Virus record (IMG/VR): IMGVR_UViG_3300036985_008365
Span: 3,669-67,668 of that record
Source: a virus
Reading direction: 5' to 3' (one strand)
Length of the DNA stretch: 64,000 nt
The notes below the pieces were generated by a model. That model saw only the letters and a list, made by a program, of their open reading frames with translations. It was not told the origin of the DNA and ran no database searches. The position numbers were made by a program, and so were the translations under genes. Shown in pieces: positions 1 to 9,800 of the stretch (the stretch's first letter is position 1; the number at the start of each line of letters is the position of its first letter).

Positions 1-67
1 TTTATATGGCAATGGTTACACGGGATTTGACCCTAAAAACCAATACGAGCAAGAAGTTAAAAACGCT

Positions 68-613
68 TTGACTGAACTAAAGAACTATCCGAAAATGGGA
101 GTATCTAATGAATACACCAAAAGCGGAGCATTAAATGAAGTGCCTGACCAAATCTACCTCGTAACTATTATTGTTACCGTTGGGGACAACGAAGGTAGAG
201 AACACATTTTTTGGGGATTAGAGGTACGCACTCAAAGTGGAAATTATATAAGATATATTCAAAACGCCTACGACTTCCTCAACTTCCGTTCAACCATGGA
301 CTCAAAAGATATTCAGGTAATGCGTGACTATCAACAAGAAGCCGATAGAACCAAAACCAATGAGATAATTGACGGCTTGCTCATGACAGAAATTCCTCCT
401 ATTTACACTTCTTATTCAAACGTTCAACATTACGGAGGCGCTGAAGAGGGCGGTTGGTATTACCATACAAGGGAAGCCATGGAAGAGGTCACAGAAGCGC
501 AGTATCTTGAAATTGAAAGCGAACGATTAGACAGTTACGGAGAGGGTATTTCAGCGTCAGAGGGTTTCATTTTTGGAGAGGAAGAAAAATTAGGTCGAGA
601 ATACTACAGTTAA
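68..613 (+). CDS. Phage hypothetical protein with YGGxEEGGW motif
   Basis: 181-aa ORF; HYGGAEEGGWYY resembles a recurrent phage YGGPEEGGWWY motif (from memory). Confidence 0.6.
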   Translation: MTELKNYPKMGVSNEYTKSGALNEVPDQIYLVTIIVTVGDNEGREHIFWGLEVRTQSGNYIRYIQNAYDFLNFRSTMDSKDIQVMRDYQQEADRTKTNEIIDGLLMTEIPPIYTSYSNVQHYGGAEEGGWYYHTREAMEEVTEAQYLEIESERLDSYGEGISASEGFIFGEEEKLGREYYS

Positions 614-622
614 AAAAATAAA

Positions 623-3600
623 ATGACAAAATCATTAAAAACAGCAGACGGAAAGTATTGGGTTGGTGATAACATCAACCCTTCTGAATTTTTACTAATT
701 AAGGCACGTATGTATGGCTTTGGCGATGATAACGTGACCTTTGTTATTGAAAAATCTGAATTGGACAAAATTCCAAATAGTTCCACGTGGAGCACAAAAG
801 ACAAATCAGAAGCATTTGTTGAGGTCAAAAACGATATGTCCGACGAATATCAATATTCTTACGTTGCCGTTGTTACTGACCCTACGGAGGTGAAAAACTA
901 CGTCAAAGGATACAATCACAGCGTTTACTCGCTTACGGCTATTCCAAACGCGAATGAACAATATGAAGACGCTGTTGGAAAGTATGAATTTACGATAAAC
1001 TCAAAAACCTCAAATATGTTTGAAGACGGCGGTGCTGTTGGAGTTGGCGGTACAATGGATACGAGTATGGAAGACGCTCCAATGATAGGCGGTACTATGG
1101 ATTCAAGTATGTATGCTAAAGGTGGCTTAATAGTCACCTCGATTAAAGACATACCGAATTTTCAACAAAGACTTAACGAGGGTAAAATAACGTATCGTGG
1201 TTTAGGTATGGGAAAGGTCTCGAGTGATTTTTACAAATTAGCGGGTGATTCAGGAACACGTATTAAAGTTGACGGTAAAGAATATTACATTACTGACACA
1301 GAATTTGACACATTTTCAAGAGGTGCGGACGGACGTATGAGAATTAAATTTGATGCACCTCGCAGAAGTTCTTATGCCAAAGGCGGAAGTCTTGTAAGTA
1401 TGAGTTACGATAAGTACGTTGATGAAATGTATAAGCAGTACAAAAAAGCGAGTTATGACACGGCGGAAGCCTACGACACCGCTTTTCGTGATTTGGGAAT
1501 AGTGTTAAATGGTCGTTTTGATAAAAAGCAATTTGACGAAATGCTTCTTAAAAGAGGAATTTCAATGAAACGCGCTTGGAATGAATTTAAAAAATTCGCA
1601 GAAATATTTGTTGAAAATGGCGAGTACGTTAATCCCTTTCAAACTGAACTTTATGCGAAAGGCGGAAAAGCGGGTCGTTATTCAAAAATTGATTTGGTTG
1701 TAAAAAACTCATGGGGTAACGAAGAGCATGAAGTCGCTAAATTTAAGGCTACGGGTGATGCAATTATTTCAGCAAACGCCTTGGGAGCAAACGCCCCTTC
1801 AAACTATGATTATTTTGTTTCAAGCACTAATAAATATGCCAAAGGCGGTGCTGTTCACTACACCTCGGAGGGTAAACTACGTATGAAAAAAATGTACGAA
1901 AGTATTGGTGACTATTTGTCTTTCGCAAAAGCGGGCGACGCAATTTGGATTGGTAATGACCCTTCAGAATTTGAGTACGCGGGCAAAAGTCACTTGTGGA
2001 AAGTTCAAGAAGTCCGCCCTACTGAAATTATTGTCAAGGCTTTCGGTCGCACGGGAAGTTACAATATAAGCGCTAAATCTTTTAGTCAAAAAGTAATAGT
2101 GGTTGGAGACAACACGTATGCCCAAGGGGGTACTGTAAAACCCAATAAGCGCACACTTGACAAAATAGCAAATGTTTATTTTGACCTATTCGACGTTGTT
2201 GGTGCTGAAAGCGGAGGTGAACTCCGTGAAAACAAGTCCATGCTTGAGAAATTCTCAAAATTACTTGAGGTCAAGGTGAGCAAAATAATTGCTAAAAAGT
2301 CTCTATCAGAAAAGGATTTTGATTATTACGAAGATAACAATTATCACTTGTTGAATGAGTTTTTGTCTTGGAACGATTATTTTGTTACAAACGAGTTCAA
2401 GGATATGTACAAGCGCCTTGCTCAACAATACAAGCGAAGCAATTCAACTCTTGCTGACCCAAAATACATTGTTGTTAAAACCGCTAAAGCGGTAGCGCCT
2501 AAAGCACCCGTAATGGCAGAGGCGACTCCTTTGGCTACCCCAACAGAATCAACTTCAGGAAAGCCAAATTACAAGGTTAATGCTCAAATTAAATCAGTAA
2601 AGTTCACTACCAAAAGCGGTAAGACTAAAACAGTGTCGGGAGACATGGTTTTGAATGGAGCACACTACTTTAAAAAGGGTGGTTCAGTCAAGGCAGATTA
2701 TGAATACTTTCCTAAAGCAACAATTGTTGAGGTTGTTTTAACGGATGGCTCTAAAATAAAGCCTTTGAACGGGTATTGGATAAGCAAAACAGTTAAGTTC
2801 GGTACGGGTGGTGGAGTAAAGCCTTTTGAGTACACTGCAAACGGCGCTAAAATATACATAAACGGTACAAAGTCGGACGTAAAAGCAATGTACTTGGACT
2901 ACGTTAATAACTTCCTGACAATTGAAGGTTTTGCTGACTATTATAATATTTCTGACACCCAAGCAAAAAGTATTTTGAAAGCGGGTAAAGAGTACGCTGA
3001 AATGGACGGTCACTATGCACACGGGGGTCAATTTGAGGGGTCTTATGAGGTTGTCGTAGTTTCAAAAGAAGCCGAGAAAGACGGCGGACGCAAACATAAA
3101 GACCGTTTTTTAGTAGGTGCAGAAACACGTTCCGAGGCAATTGCTCAAGCAACAAAAATGTGGAAGGCTGATATGGACTCGAGCGACTTATCAATTGTTG
3201 AAGTTTTGACAGCGGATGAGTACCGAGAAAAATACCTAAAGACTAAATTTGCAGAGGGGGGTAACGTTGGAAATATAATGTCTTTTGAAGAGTTCAAGAA
3301 AACTATGCCCGTACTACACGATATGATAGTTCTTGACAATTCTGTTGAATACAAACCGATGTATGACAAATATTCAGGCACAACTAAATATTTTCGCCAC
3401 GGACGCAGAAACTTAAAAAGTTATACTCTTCGAGAAGCGTATGAACATTATGAATATTTTGCTTCAAAAGGAAAAGAGTACGCCAAAGGTGGAGAAGTCG
3501 AATTGAATGGAAAGTATGGTTCTGATAATCATAAATTGGTGTCTTTTGACCTTGACAATTTGGACGAATTTGAACTTACAAACTATGAACATTTTTCAAA

Positions 3601-4321
3601 ATCAATGCCCAAAGCAGAAGCGTTACAAGTTCTTATAAATAACGTTGAGGGAGACTACTCTCAATTGAGTGAAGAACTATCCGAAATAGCAGAAGGGCAA
3701 GAAAGCACTGAATACGCCAATGGCGGGCAATTTGAAGAGACAACTACATTTATTGTTCAAGTACATACTGAAACGGGCGACGAAGTTTTTAGCGTTGAAG
3801 CAACAGACGGAGTACAAGCGTTTCACGAAGCGAGATACTTGTTCAAAAAAGAGAACCCAAACTACAAAGGCGAGGTCTTTTTAAGTATGGTTGACAAATA
3901 CGCCAAAGGCGGTGTAGCCGACGACGTTAAAAACTTTTTTGGTGGAATTGGAAGAACGGTTAAGTCAGGATATGAAAAAACCCGTGACTTTTCGAAAAAA
4001 CAAATTCATGACCAAAAGAAAAGAATTGCTCTTGAGGTGATTGATGATACAAAAGACAAGGTAAGGTCAAACAGAGATAAGATGGACTTGAAAGGTGCAG
4101 AGGAAATTGTAGAAAACCACTACGCGGACGGCGGGATGGTTAAAAAAGCAACCAAGGCACAATATGAGAGTTATTTGAATGACTTGGGTACTCCAAGTTC
4201 AGACCACCCTGATAACGGCGGTCGAGTTTCTCTAAAAATGATTAACAAATACGGAACGTGGTTAAGAAAAAATGACCCAATTGCTTTTGAAGTTGGGTAT
4301 AATGAGTTTCGCACCCAATAA
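623..4321 (+). CDS. Modular polyvalent/polyprotein-like protein with 14 [YF]xxGG linkers
   Basis: 1232 aa; FEDGG, YAKGG x6, YAQGG, FKKGG, FGTGG, YAHGG, FAEGG, YANGG and YADGG separate unrelated short modules. Confidence 0.8.
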   Translation: MTKSLKTADGKYWVGDNINPSEFLLIKARMYGFGDDNVTFVIEKSELDKIPNSSTWSTKDKSEAFVEVKNDMSDEYQYSYVAVVTDPTEVKNYVKGYNHSVYSLTAIPNANEQYEDAVGKYEFTINSKTSNMFEDGGAVGVGGTMDTSMEDAPMIGGTMDSSMYAKGGLIVTSIKDIPNFQQRLNEGKITYRGLGMGKVSSDFYKLAGDSGTRIKVDGKEYYITDTEFDTFSRGADGRMRIKFDAPRRSSYAKGGSLVSMSYDKYVDEMYKQYKKASYDTAEAYDTAFRDLGIVLNGRFDKKQFDEMLLKRGISMKRAWNEFKKFAEIFVENGEYVNPFQTELYAKGGKAGRYSKIDLVVKNSWGNEEHEVAKFKATGDAIISANALGANAPSNYDYFVSSTNKYAKGGAVHYTSEGKLRMKKMYESIGDYLSFAKAGDAIWIGNDPSEFEYAGKSHLWKVQEVRPTEIIVKAFGRTGSYNISAKSFSQKVIVVGDNTYAQGGTVKPNKRTLDKIANVYFDLFDVVGAESGGELRENKSMLEKFSKLLEVKVSKIIAKKSLSEKDFDYYEDNNYHLLNEFLSWNDYFVTNEFKDMYKRLAQQYKRSNSTLADPKYIVVKTAKAVAPKAPVMAEATPLATPTESTSGKPNYKVNAQIKSVKFTTKSGKTKTVSGDMVLNGAHYFKKGGSVKADYEYFPKATIVEVVLTDGSKIKPLNGYWISKTVKFGTGGGVKPFEYTANGAKIYINGTKSDVKAMYLDYVNNFLTIEGFADYYNISDTQAKSILKAGKEYAEMDGHYAHGGQFEGSYEVVVVSKEAEKDGGRKHKDRFLVGAETRSEAIAQATKMWKADMDSSDLSIVEVLTADEYREKYLKTKFAEGGNVGNIMSFEEFKKTMPVLHDMIVLDNSVEYKPMYDKYSGTTKYFRHGRRNLKSYTLREAYEHYEYFASKGKEYAKGGEVELNGKYGSDNHKLVSFDLDNLDEFELTNYEHFSKSMPKAEALQVLINNVEGDYSQLSEELSEIAEGQESTEYANGGQFEETTTFIVQVHTETGDEVFSVEATDGVQAFHEARYLFKKENPNYKGEVFLSMVDKYAKGGVADDVKNFFGGIGRTVKSGYEKTRDFSKKQIHDQKKRIALEVIDDTKDKVRSNRDKMDLKGAEEIVENHYADGGMVKKATKAQYESYLNDLGTPSSDHPDNGGRVSLKMINKYGTWLRKNDPIAFEVGYNEFRTQ

Positions 4322-4342
4322 AATTTAACAAGTTAAAAAAAA

Positions 4343-6655
4343 ATGGTAAAACGCTTTGACATAAGAATCAATCACGATATGGGCGAGTGTCTGTATACCG
4401 TAGAGGCTAAAAGTTCAAAATCGGCTATTGAAACAGTCGAAAAAGAATGGCACAAAGACCACAAAGGATACACGGGAACAACCCCTAAATTTACTGTTCA
4501 AAAAACTTATACTCACGCTGAAAAAAAGTCGTTAGGCGGTTCAATCGAAGTTGGCGATGTCGTCAAAGTAAAGGAAGATACGAAAGGCGACAACTTTGGT
4601 TATGACGGTGATTATTATGTTGTTGCTGACAATGTTGGGTACGATAGAAAAAGTTTTCTAATTTCCGACGTAATGAAAAGAGAGCAAGGAGTTTGGGATA
4701 ATAAACAATTAGAAAAACTTTACGCCGACGGCGGTAGTCTTAACGAAGGTATTCCTCAACCAATTATTGATATGTTCGATGAATCTTATGTTTTCTTAAA
4801 AGCAAAATACCCACACTACGAAAATATGCCTCTTATTCAGGACACAGAAGAATTTTGGGATATGGTAGAAGACGTCCGTGAAAATTTTGACACCGACACC
4901 CCAACAAATTACGGAGAAATTGGAGAAGAACTTGTCCGAAATTACTTGTATGGTCATGAAAAAAGATTTGAAGAAACCCAATATGCAAGAGGCGGGACGT
5001 TGCAAGAAAATTTAGAAAAGGAGTTACACAAACTACAACGCGACTTGAATAGTAGCAGATTGAACACCTATTTCGAAGGAGACAGTTCTGAAGAAGAACA
5101 AGCAAGACAAAGAGAAAGAGAATCAAAACTAACGCGCTTCAACGAAGTGTTAAAATTGCTTAACCAAATGGATGGAAAATACGCCGAAGGTGGACGTACC
5201 CCAAGAGCGTGGGGATACCCTCCAAAAATGTCAAATCAGGATATTGTTAACTACTTAAAAGATTACAAATACGCTGTGATTGTGCCGTTAGACCACATTG
5301 CGGGCTTTATGGACAAAGTTTTCTTTATTTCATACGGTAGAAAAATGGGTTATTTAACCACTTGGGAAAAAACCCGTGAGGAGTGCCAATACACAATTGA
5401 AAATCTGCAAATGGGTGCAAGTGAAGGAGGTTTTAAATTACAAGCAAGAATTGTTAAATTGACGCCTGAAATTATTCACGATATTCTTGTTCAAACTAAC
5501 CACGCATATTCACAATTTGAAAACGGTGGTACAATTGATACAATTGAGTTTGCCGACGGCGGTCAAGTTCAGGGTAGTTCTTTCGATATTGAATACCGTG
5601 ACGACGAGGGTGACACATACAGCGAAAGTTTTGACACTTTAGAAGAAGCCCGTGCTGAAATGAAAAGACTACAAGGTGTTGGTTATAGAATAACTGAAAC
5701 TTGGAAGTATGTAAACAATACTTTTGTTGGGCGATTTGCAAAGGGTGGCGGAGTTGGTTTTCATAACGCTGACGACGCATTTGATTTTTGGGAAAATCAG
5801 GAAAATCAGCAACTTTCTGACGCCCAAAGAGTTTTATGGATTGAGGGATATGAATACGCAAAAGCGCACCCTGAACATAACGATTTTAATTTTTATGAAT
5901 GGGAGGAGTCTGTTTACGGAAATGAAAGCGTGCTTTCAGACGACGACAGAGTGGTTTGGCAATCAGGCTTCACTTTTTTCATTAATTACATAAATACTTT
6001 TGCTACGGGTGGCGCAGTCAGTTCAGGCATCAAAGTCGGTGATTGGGTAACACTCAAGTCCGACAAAAAGCGCTACAAGGTAAAACGAGTTTTGAGCAAC
6101 AATATGATTGAGATTACAGCGGGTGCAAAAACCTTGACTGTAAATATCAGTGACGTTGAAACAAATGTTAAGTTTTTCCGCTCAAAGTTTGTGCCCGTGC
6201 CAACAAATATCGAGGTCAAATACAAAATCGGAGACCGTCTAAAGTTCAATACTAAAAAGGGTATTACAGAGGTTGGAAAGGTGCTTTTGTACAAATACGT
6301 TCCTACGCAAAATACAATCATCTACACAATAGCAACGGACAGCGGTTGGAAGGCAAGCGTTTTACAAGAGAATTTGTCAAAAGAATATACGTCCTTTACA
6401 ATTCCCGCGAATAATACGCCAAGCCCCGCTCCCGTTAAAAATACGCCACCGCGTACTACTTTCAGTATTCCGTCTATTGAAGTAGGCGACAAAATTGAAA
6501 TAATTGGTTCTCCTAATTTGACGGGAACAGTAACAAAAGTGTTATCTTCGACAAGCGAAGCAGAGGTGCTTTTGAGTGATAGTACGGGTATGACTATAAA
6601 GAAAGGAAAATCAGTTCCGTTCACATTCAGCGGAAGTAAAATTAAAAAAGTTTAA
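4343..6655 (+). CDS. Modular [YF]xxGG protein with C-terminal SH3/KOW-like modules
   Basis: 770 aa; YADGG, YARGG, YAEGG, FENGG, FADGG, FAKGG, FATGG; repeated IKVGDxV/KIGDRL/IEVGDKI SH3-like starts. Confidence 0.75.
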   Translation: MVKRFDIRINHDMGECLYTVEAKSSKSAIETVEKEWHKDHKGYTGTTPKFTVQKTYTHAEKKSLGGSIEVGDVVKVKEDTKGDNFGYDGDYYVVADNVGYDRKSFLISDVMKREQGVWDNKQLEKLYADGGSLNEGIPQPIIDMFDESYVFLKAKYPHYENMPLIQDTEEFWDMVEDVRENFDTDTPTNYGEIGEELVRNYLYGHEKRFEETQYARGGTLQENLEKELHKLQRDLNSSRLNTYFEGDSSEEEQARQRERESKLTRFNEVLKLLNQMDGKYAEGGRTPRAWGYPPKMSNQDIVNYLKDYKYAVIVPLDHIAGFMDKVFFISYGRKMGYLTTWEKTREECQYTIENLQMGASEGGFKLQARIVKLTPEIIHDILVQTNHAYSQFENGGTIDTIEFADGGQVQGSSFDIEYRDDEGDTYSESFDTLEEARAEMKRLQGVGYRITETWKYVNNTFVGRFAKGGGVGFHNADDAFDFWENQENQQLSDAQRVLWIEGYEYAKAHPEHNDFNFYEWEESVYGNESVLSDDDRVVWQSGFTFFINYINTFATGGAVSSGIKVGDWVTLKSDKKRYKVKRVLSNNMIEITAGAKTLTVNISDVETNVKFFRSKFVPVPTNIEVKYKIGDRLKFNTKKGITEVGKVLLYKYVPTQNTIIYTIATDSGWKASVLQENLSKEYTSFTIPANNTPSPAPVKNTPPRTTFSIPSIEVGDKIEIIGSPNLTGTVTKVLSSTSEAEVLLSDSTGMTIKKGKSVPFTFSGSKIKKV

Positions 6656-6663
6656 TCAGGGTT

Positions 6664-9072
6664 ATGGAAAGAAGTCAGGCGTCTATGTACAAAAAAGGTG
6701 GTAGTTTTCACGAAGGTTGGGGTTTTAGTGATATGATTAAGTTGCTTGTGAAGGGCACTTCTATTGACCGAAACAAAATGTTCGGCGAGTTGAAAATAAC
6801 CTATCCCGACAATCAAGTTGAAAAGGAAGGCGACGATACAGTTGCAATTTATGTTCCTGACAGTCAAATCTCGAACGTTAAAAAAATGGCAAAACTTTTT
6901 AATATGAAAGTTGCCTATGCTGAAGGAGGCGAAGTTGATAGTGAAAAACACGCTTGGGGAGGTCTTTTTGGAGACAGCAAGAAACCTGAACACAACATGG
7001 CTTTTTATCTACACATTTTAACTGACCGAGGTACAACAATCCAATACGTTAGTGGAGATAGTATAACAGAAGCAAAAGAACGTGCTGTGAGTAGGCTACC
7101 CGCCGAATTAAGAAAAACAGCAAGAGTGGACTATTGGAAAAACATTACAAATGAATGGAAAAAAGGTCGCTCTAATAAAGTTTATGCTGAAGGCGGTCAA
7201 ATTGGGGACACAGTTGTTTTCCGTAGATATTCTGACGATGACAATGTTTCAGGCACAATAACAGAAGTTTTTCCTAAAGGAGCATACGAAGTAACCTCGG
7301 GATTTACAAAAAGTTTAGTGGAGCAAAACGAAATAGTCAGTATCAACAAACCAACTTCAAGTGCCCGTAAAAAGTTATTTGGAATTTTTGCCGACGGCGG
7401 TCGCACCGACACGCGAGTAGCCGAAATAATTTTGTCACAAATAGGTGGTATGGGTCGCGTCAAAATGATGACGGGCGGATACAACTTTGTGGCTCTCAAA
7501 AACGGAGTTTCTTTTAGAATCAAAAACCGTGGTGCAAACTTTATCAAAATCACCCTGAATAGCCGTGACCTTTACGACGTTGAAATTGGACGAATTTTCA
7601 ATTACAAGTACAAGATTGTAAAAACATTCGACGACGTTTACTTTGACCAACTATATGAAGTCCTATATGAAGGTACGGGTATGTATTTTAAACTATTTGC
7701 AAAAGGCGGTACAATTCAAAATGAAGAGCGAGATATGATTTTGAATCAACTCAAGCAAGTCAATCATCATGAAGAGGAGTTAAGGCAGATTATGGAAAAC
7801 AATCTTGACATTGAGCCATGGGTAATTGCAAAAATGGAAAGAGCAACAACTACCTTGAGCGACGTAACCCACTACCTTGACGGCAAAACTGAAAAGTACG
7901 CTGAAGGCGGAATGTTTCACGAAGTAGAGGAAATGAAATTTTACATTAAAGAAATTCTCGAAACACCCAACGGATTTCTAACTGTTATTGTTGCATGGGG
8001 CAAAAAGGTCAGCAACAAAATAACAATTTTTGTAAACAATAACGATTCTGACGATAGTCAAACCATAACATTCTCTGACTTGGATGAGGCAAGAGCAACA
8101 ATAGTAAGACCCGTATACGAAGAGGTTAAAAAAGTAGTACGTGAAGCGGAGGAATTTGGCTTTAAAAGCCCCATGAGTAATAGCGACAAGCAGTATGAGG
8201 CAATGAAAGCAAACCCTGAATACAGAAAAAATGCGTTACTTCTATCAGCAATGAAAGCCTTCTCGGACAAAAGCGCAACCACCGAGGAATTATTTCAGAT
8301 ATTCAAAAGAGTTGTTGGAGAAGACGTAACAAACGTCTCTAAAATGACACAAATGGCAACAGAATACAGAAACTATTTAATTAAATGGGACTTGTACGAT
8401 GACTATTTGGACTTTGTCAGTGACAACTATCCAAAAGATAGTGGTATATCTCGTTTTAAAGCGGGAGGGCGCACCAAAAAACCTTTAACAGCAAAAGAAA
8501 AAGCAATGTCAGATATTCGTAAAGAATATATCAAAATTAATGTTCCTTACTTAAACGAATGGTATTACCCTTCGGAGCAATGGAATCGACACGCCCTGAA
8601 AAACGACACGGAATTTTGGTTAGACTCTGAAGAAGAAATGCCTTACATAAGCCACGCAACAATGGGTATGTATGCTGACGGCGGAAAATTCAAAAGCACT
8701 CAAAAGTATCACCCTGACTTATTCAAAATCCCCGCTGAAACTTTGGCTAAAAAACATTGGATTGTTAAGGTTATTGTCGGTACAGAAAAGGCAAAATTCT
8801 TTTTTGAGCAAATGAGCGAAGTAGATGAATTTGTCGACAATATCAAACACCTTGCAGATGAGGTTTATGTTAGCAAAGAGAGACACTACGCTGAAGGCGG
8901 TAAAATTGATTTTACAACACTTTCCAAAAAAGTTGCTCAAAGATATGTTAATCAATTAGTGAAGCCAAAGTATCAAGCCGAATACGGTAAAAAGTACGAT
9001 GAGAAAGAGGCTGAAGAAGTTGGTCAAAAAGTAGCGGGTAAGGTTTATTGGAAGCAAAAACGTGCTAAATAA
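6664..9072 (+). CDS. Modular [YF]xxGG protein
   Basis: 802 aa; YKKGG, YAEGG x4, FADGG, FAKGG, FKAGG, YADGG; includes the phage-type module IILSQIGG..MMTG..DLYDVE..DVYFDQL. Confidence 0.75.
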   Translation: MERSQASMYKKGGSFHEGWGFSDMIKLLVKGTSIDRNKMFGELKITYPDNQVEKEGDDTVAIYVPDSQISNVKKMAKLFNMKVAYAEGGEVDSEKHAWGGLFGDSKKPEHNMAFYLHILTDRGTTIQYVSGDSITEAKERAVSRLPAELRKTARVDYWKNITNEWKKGRSNKVYAEGGQIGDTVVFRRYSDDDNVSGTITEVFPKGAYEVTSGFTKSLVEQNEIVSINKPTSSARKKLFGIFADGGRTDTRVAEIILSQIGGMGRVKMMTGGYNFVALKNGVSFRIKNRGANFIKITLNSRDLYDVEIGRIFNYKYKIVKTFDDVYFDQLYEVLYEGTGMYFKLFAKGGTIQNEERDMILNQLKQVNHHEEELRQIMENNLDIEPWVIAKMERATTTLSDVTHYLDGKTEKYAEGGMFHEVEEMKFYIKEILETPNGFLTVIVAWGKKVSNKITIFVNNNDSDDSQTITFSDLDEARATIVRPVYEEVKKVVREAEEFGFKSPMSNSDKQYEAMKANPEYRKNALLLSAMKAFSDKSATTEELFQIFKRVVGEDVTNVSKMTQMATEYRNYLIKWDLYDDYLDFVSDNYPKDSGISRFKAGGRTKKPLTAKEKAMSDIRKEYIKINVPYLNEWYYPSEQWNRHALKNDTEFWLDSEEEMPYISHATMGMYADGGKFKSTQKYHPDLFKIPAETLAKKHWIVKVIVGTEKAKFFFEQMSEVDEFVDNIKHLADEVYVSKERHYAEGGKIDFTTLSKKVAQRYVNQLVKPKYQAEYGKKYDEKEAEEVGQKVAGKVYWKQKRAK

Positions 9073-9086
9073 GCGGGGTATGTGGT

Positions 9087-9800
9087 ATGAACAAAAAAAC
9101 CGAAAATATTTTAGTATGGTCACTTGTTGGCGTAAGTATTCTTGCAGTAAGCGTCCTTGTTTATAAGGCACTTCGCAAGAAACCGACGCCACAGAAATTG
9201 AAGCATCCAAACCCTCAAAAAATATTGATAGTGGGGGATTCGCAAAGTGCAGTTCAAAGCCAAAGCGGTAGTGCTATAACATATACGTACCCTAACTTAT
9301 TAAGAAAACAGTTTCCTGACAAGTCTATTGACGTATCAGCCGTGGGCGGGAAAACGACAAAGTATATGCTCGATAATTTGCCCGCAAAATTGGCAAAGAC
9401 AAAATACGATAGGGTTTATATTTACGGCGGAGGAAACGATACGAGTTCCTCAATTATTTCTTTGAATACAACTCTCGCTAACATTCAAAAAATGGTAGAC
9501 CTATCTGCACAAAACGGCGCGGACGTATTTGTGAATTTAGGATATAAAGTAGAGGGTGATTTTGGCAACTACAAAATTATGCCTATAACCCAATACATAA
9601 CCGAGCGAACGCAGTGGATTCCTTTTGTTGAAAAAAGAAAAGAGTTACAAAGACTAATTCCTTTAACGATAAAAAATGCTAACTTCATACAACCTTATAG
9701 CCTCAATAGTTTGACCTCGGACGGTATACACCCCACAGCGGAAGGACACAAATTGGTAGCGGTAGAGTATTCAAAAACATTAAATACAAATCAAGCATAA
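9087..9800 (+). CDS. Membrane-anchored SGNH/GDSL hydrolase
   Basis: N-terminal TM; blocks IVGDSQS, YGGGND, DGIHP. Confidence 0.85.
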   Translation: MNKKTENILVWSLVGVSILAVSVLVYKALRKKPTPQKLKHPNPQKILIVGDSQSAVQSQSGSAITYTYPNLLRKQFPDKSIDVSAVGGKTTKYMLDNLPAKLAKTKYDRVYIYGGGNDTSSSIISLNTTLANIQKMVDLSAQNGADVFVNLGYKVEGDFGNYKIMPITQYITERTQWIPFVEKRKELQRLIPLTIKNANFIQPYSLNSLTSDGIHPTAEGHKLVAVEYSKTLNTNQA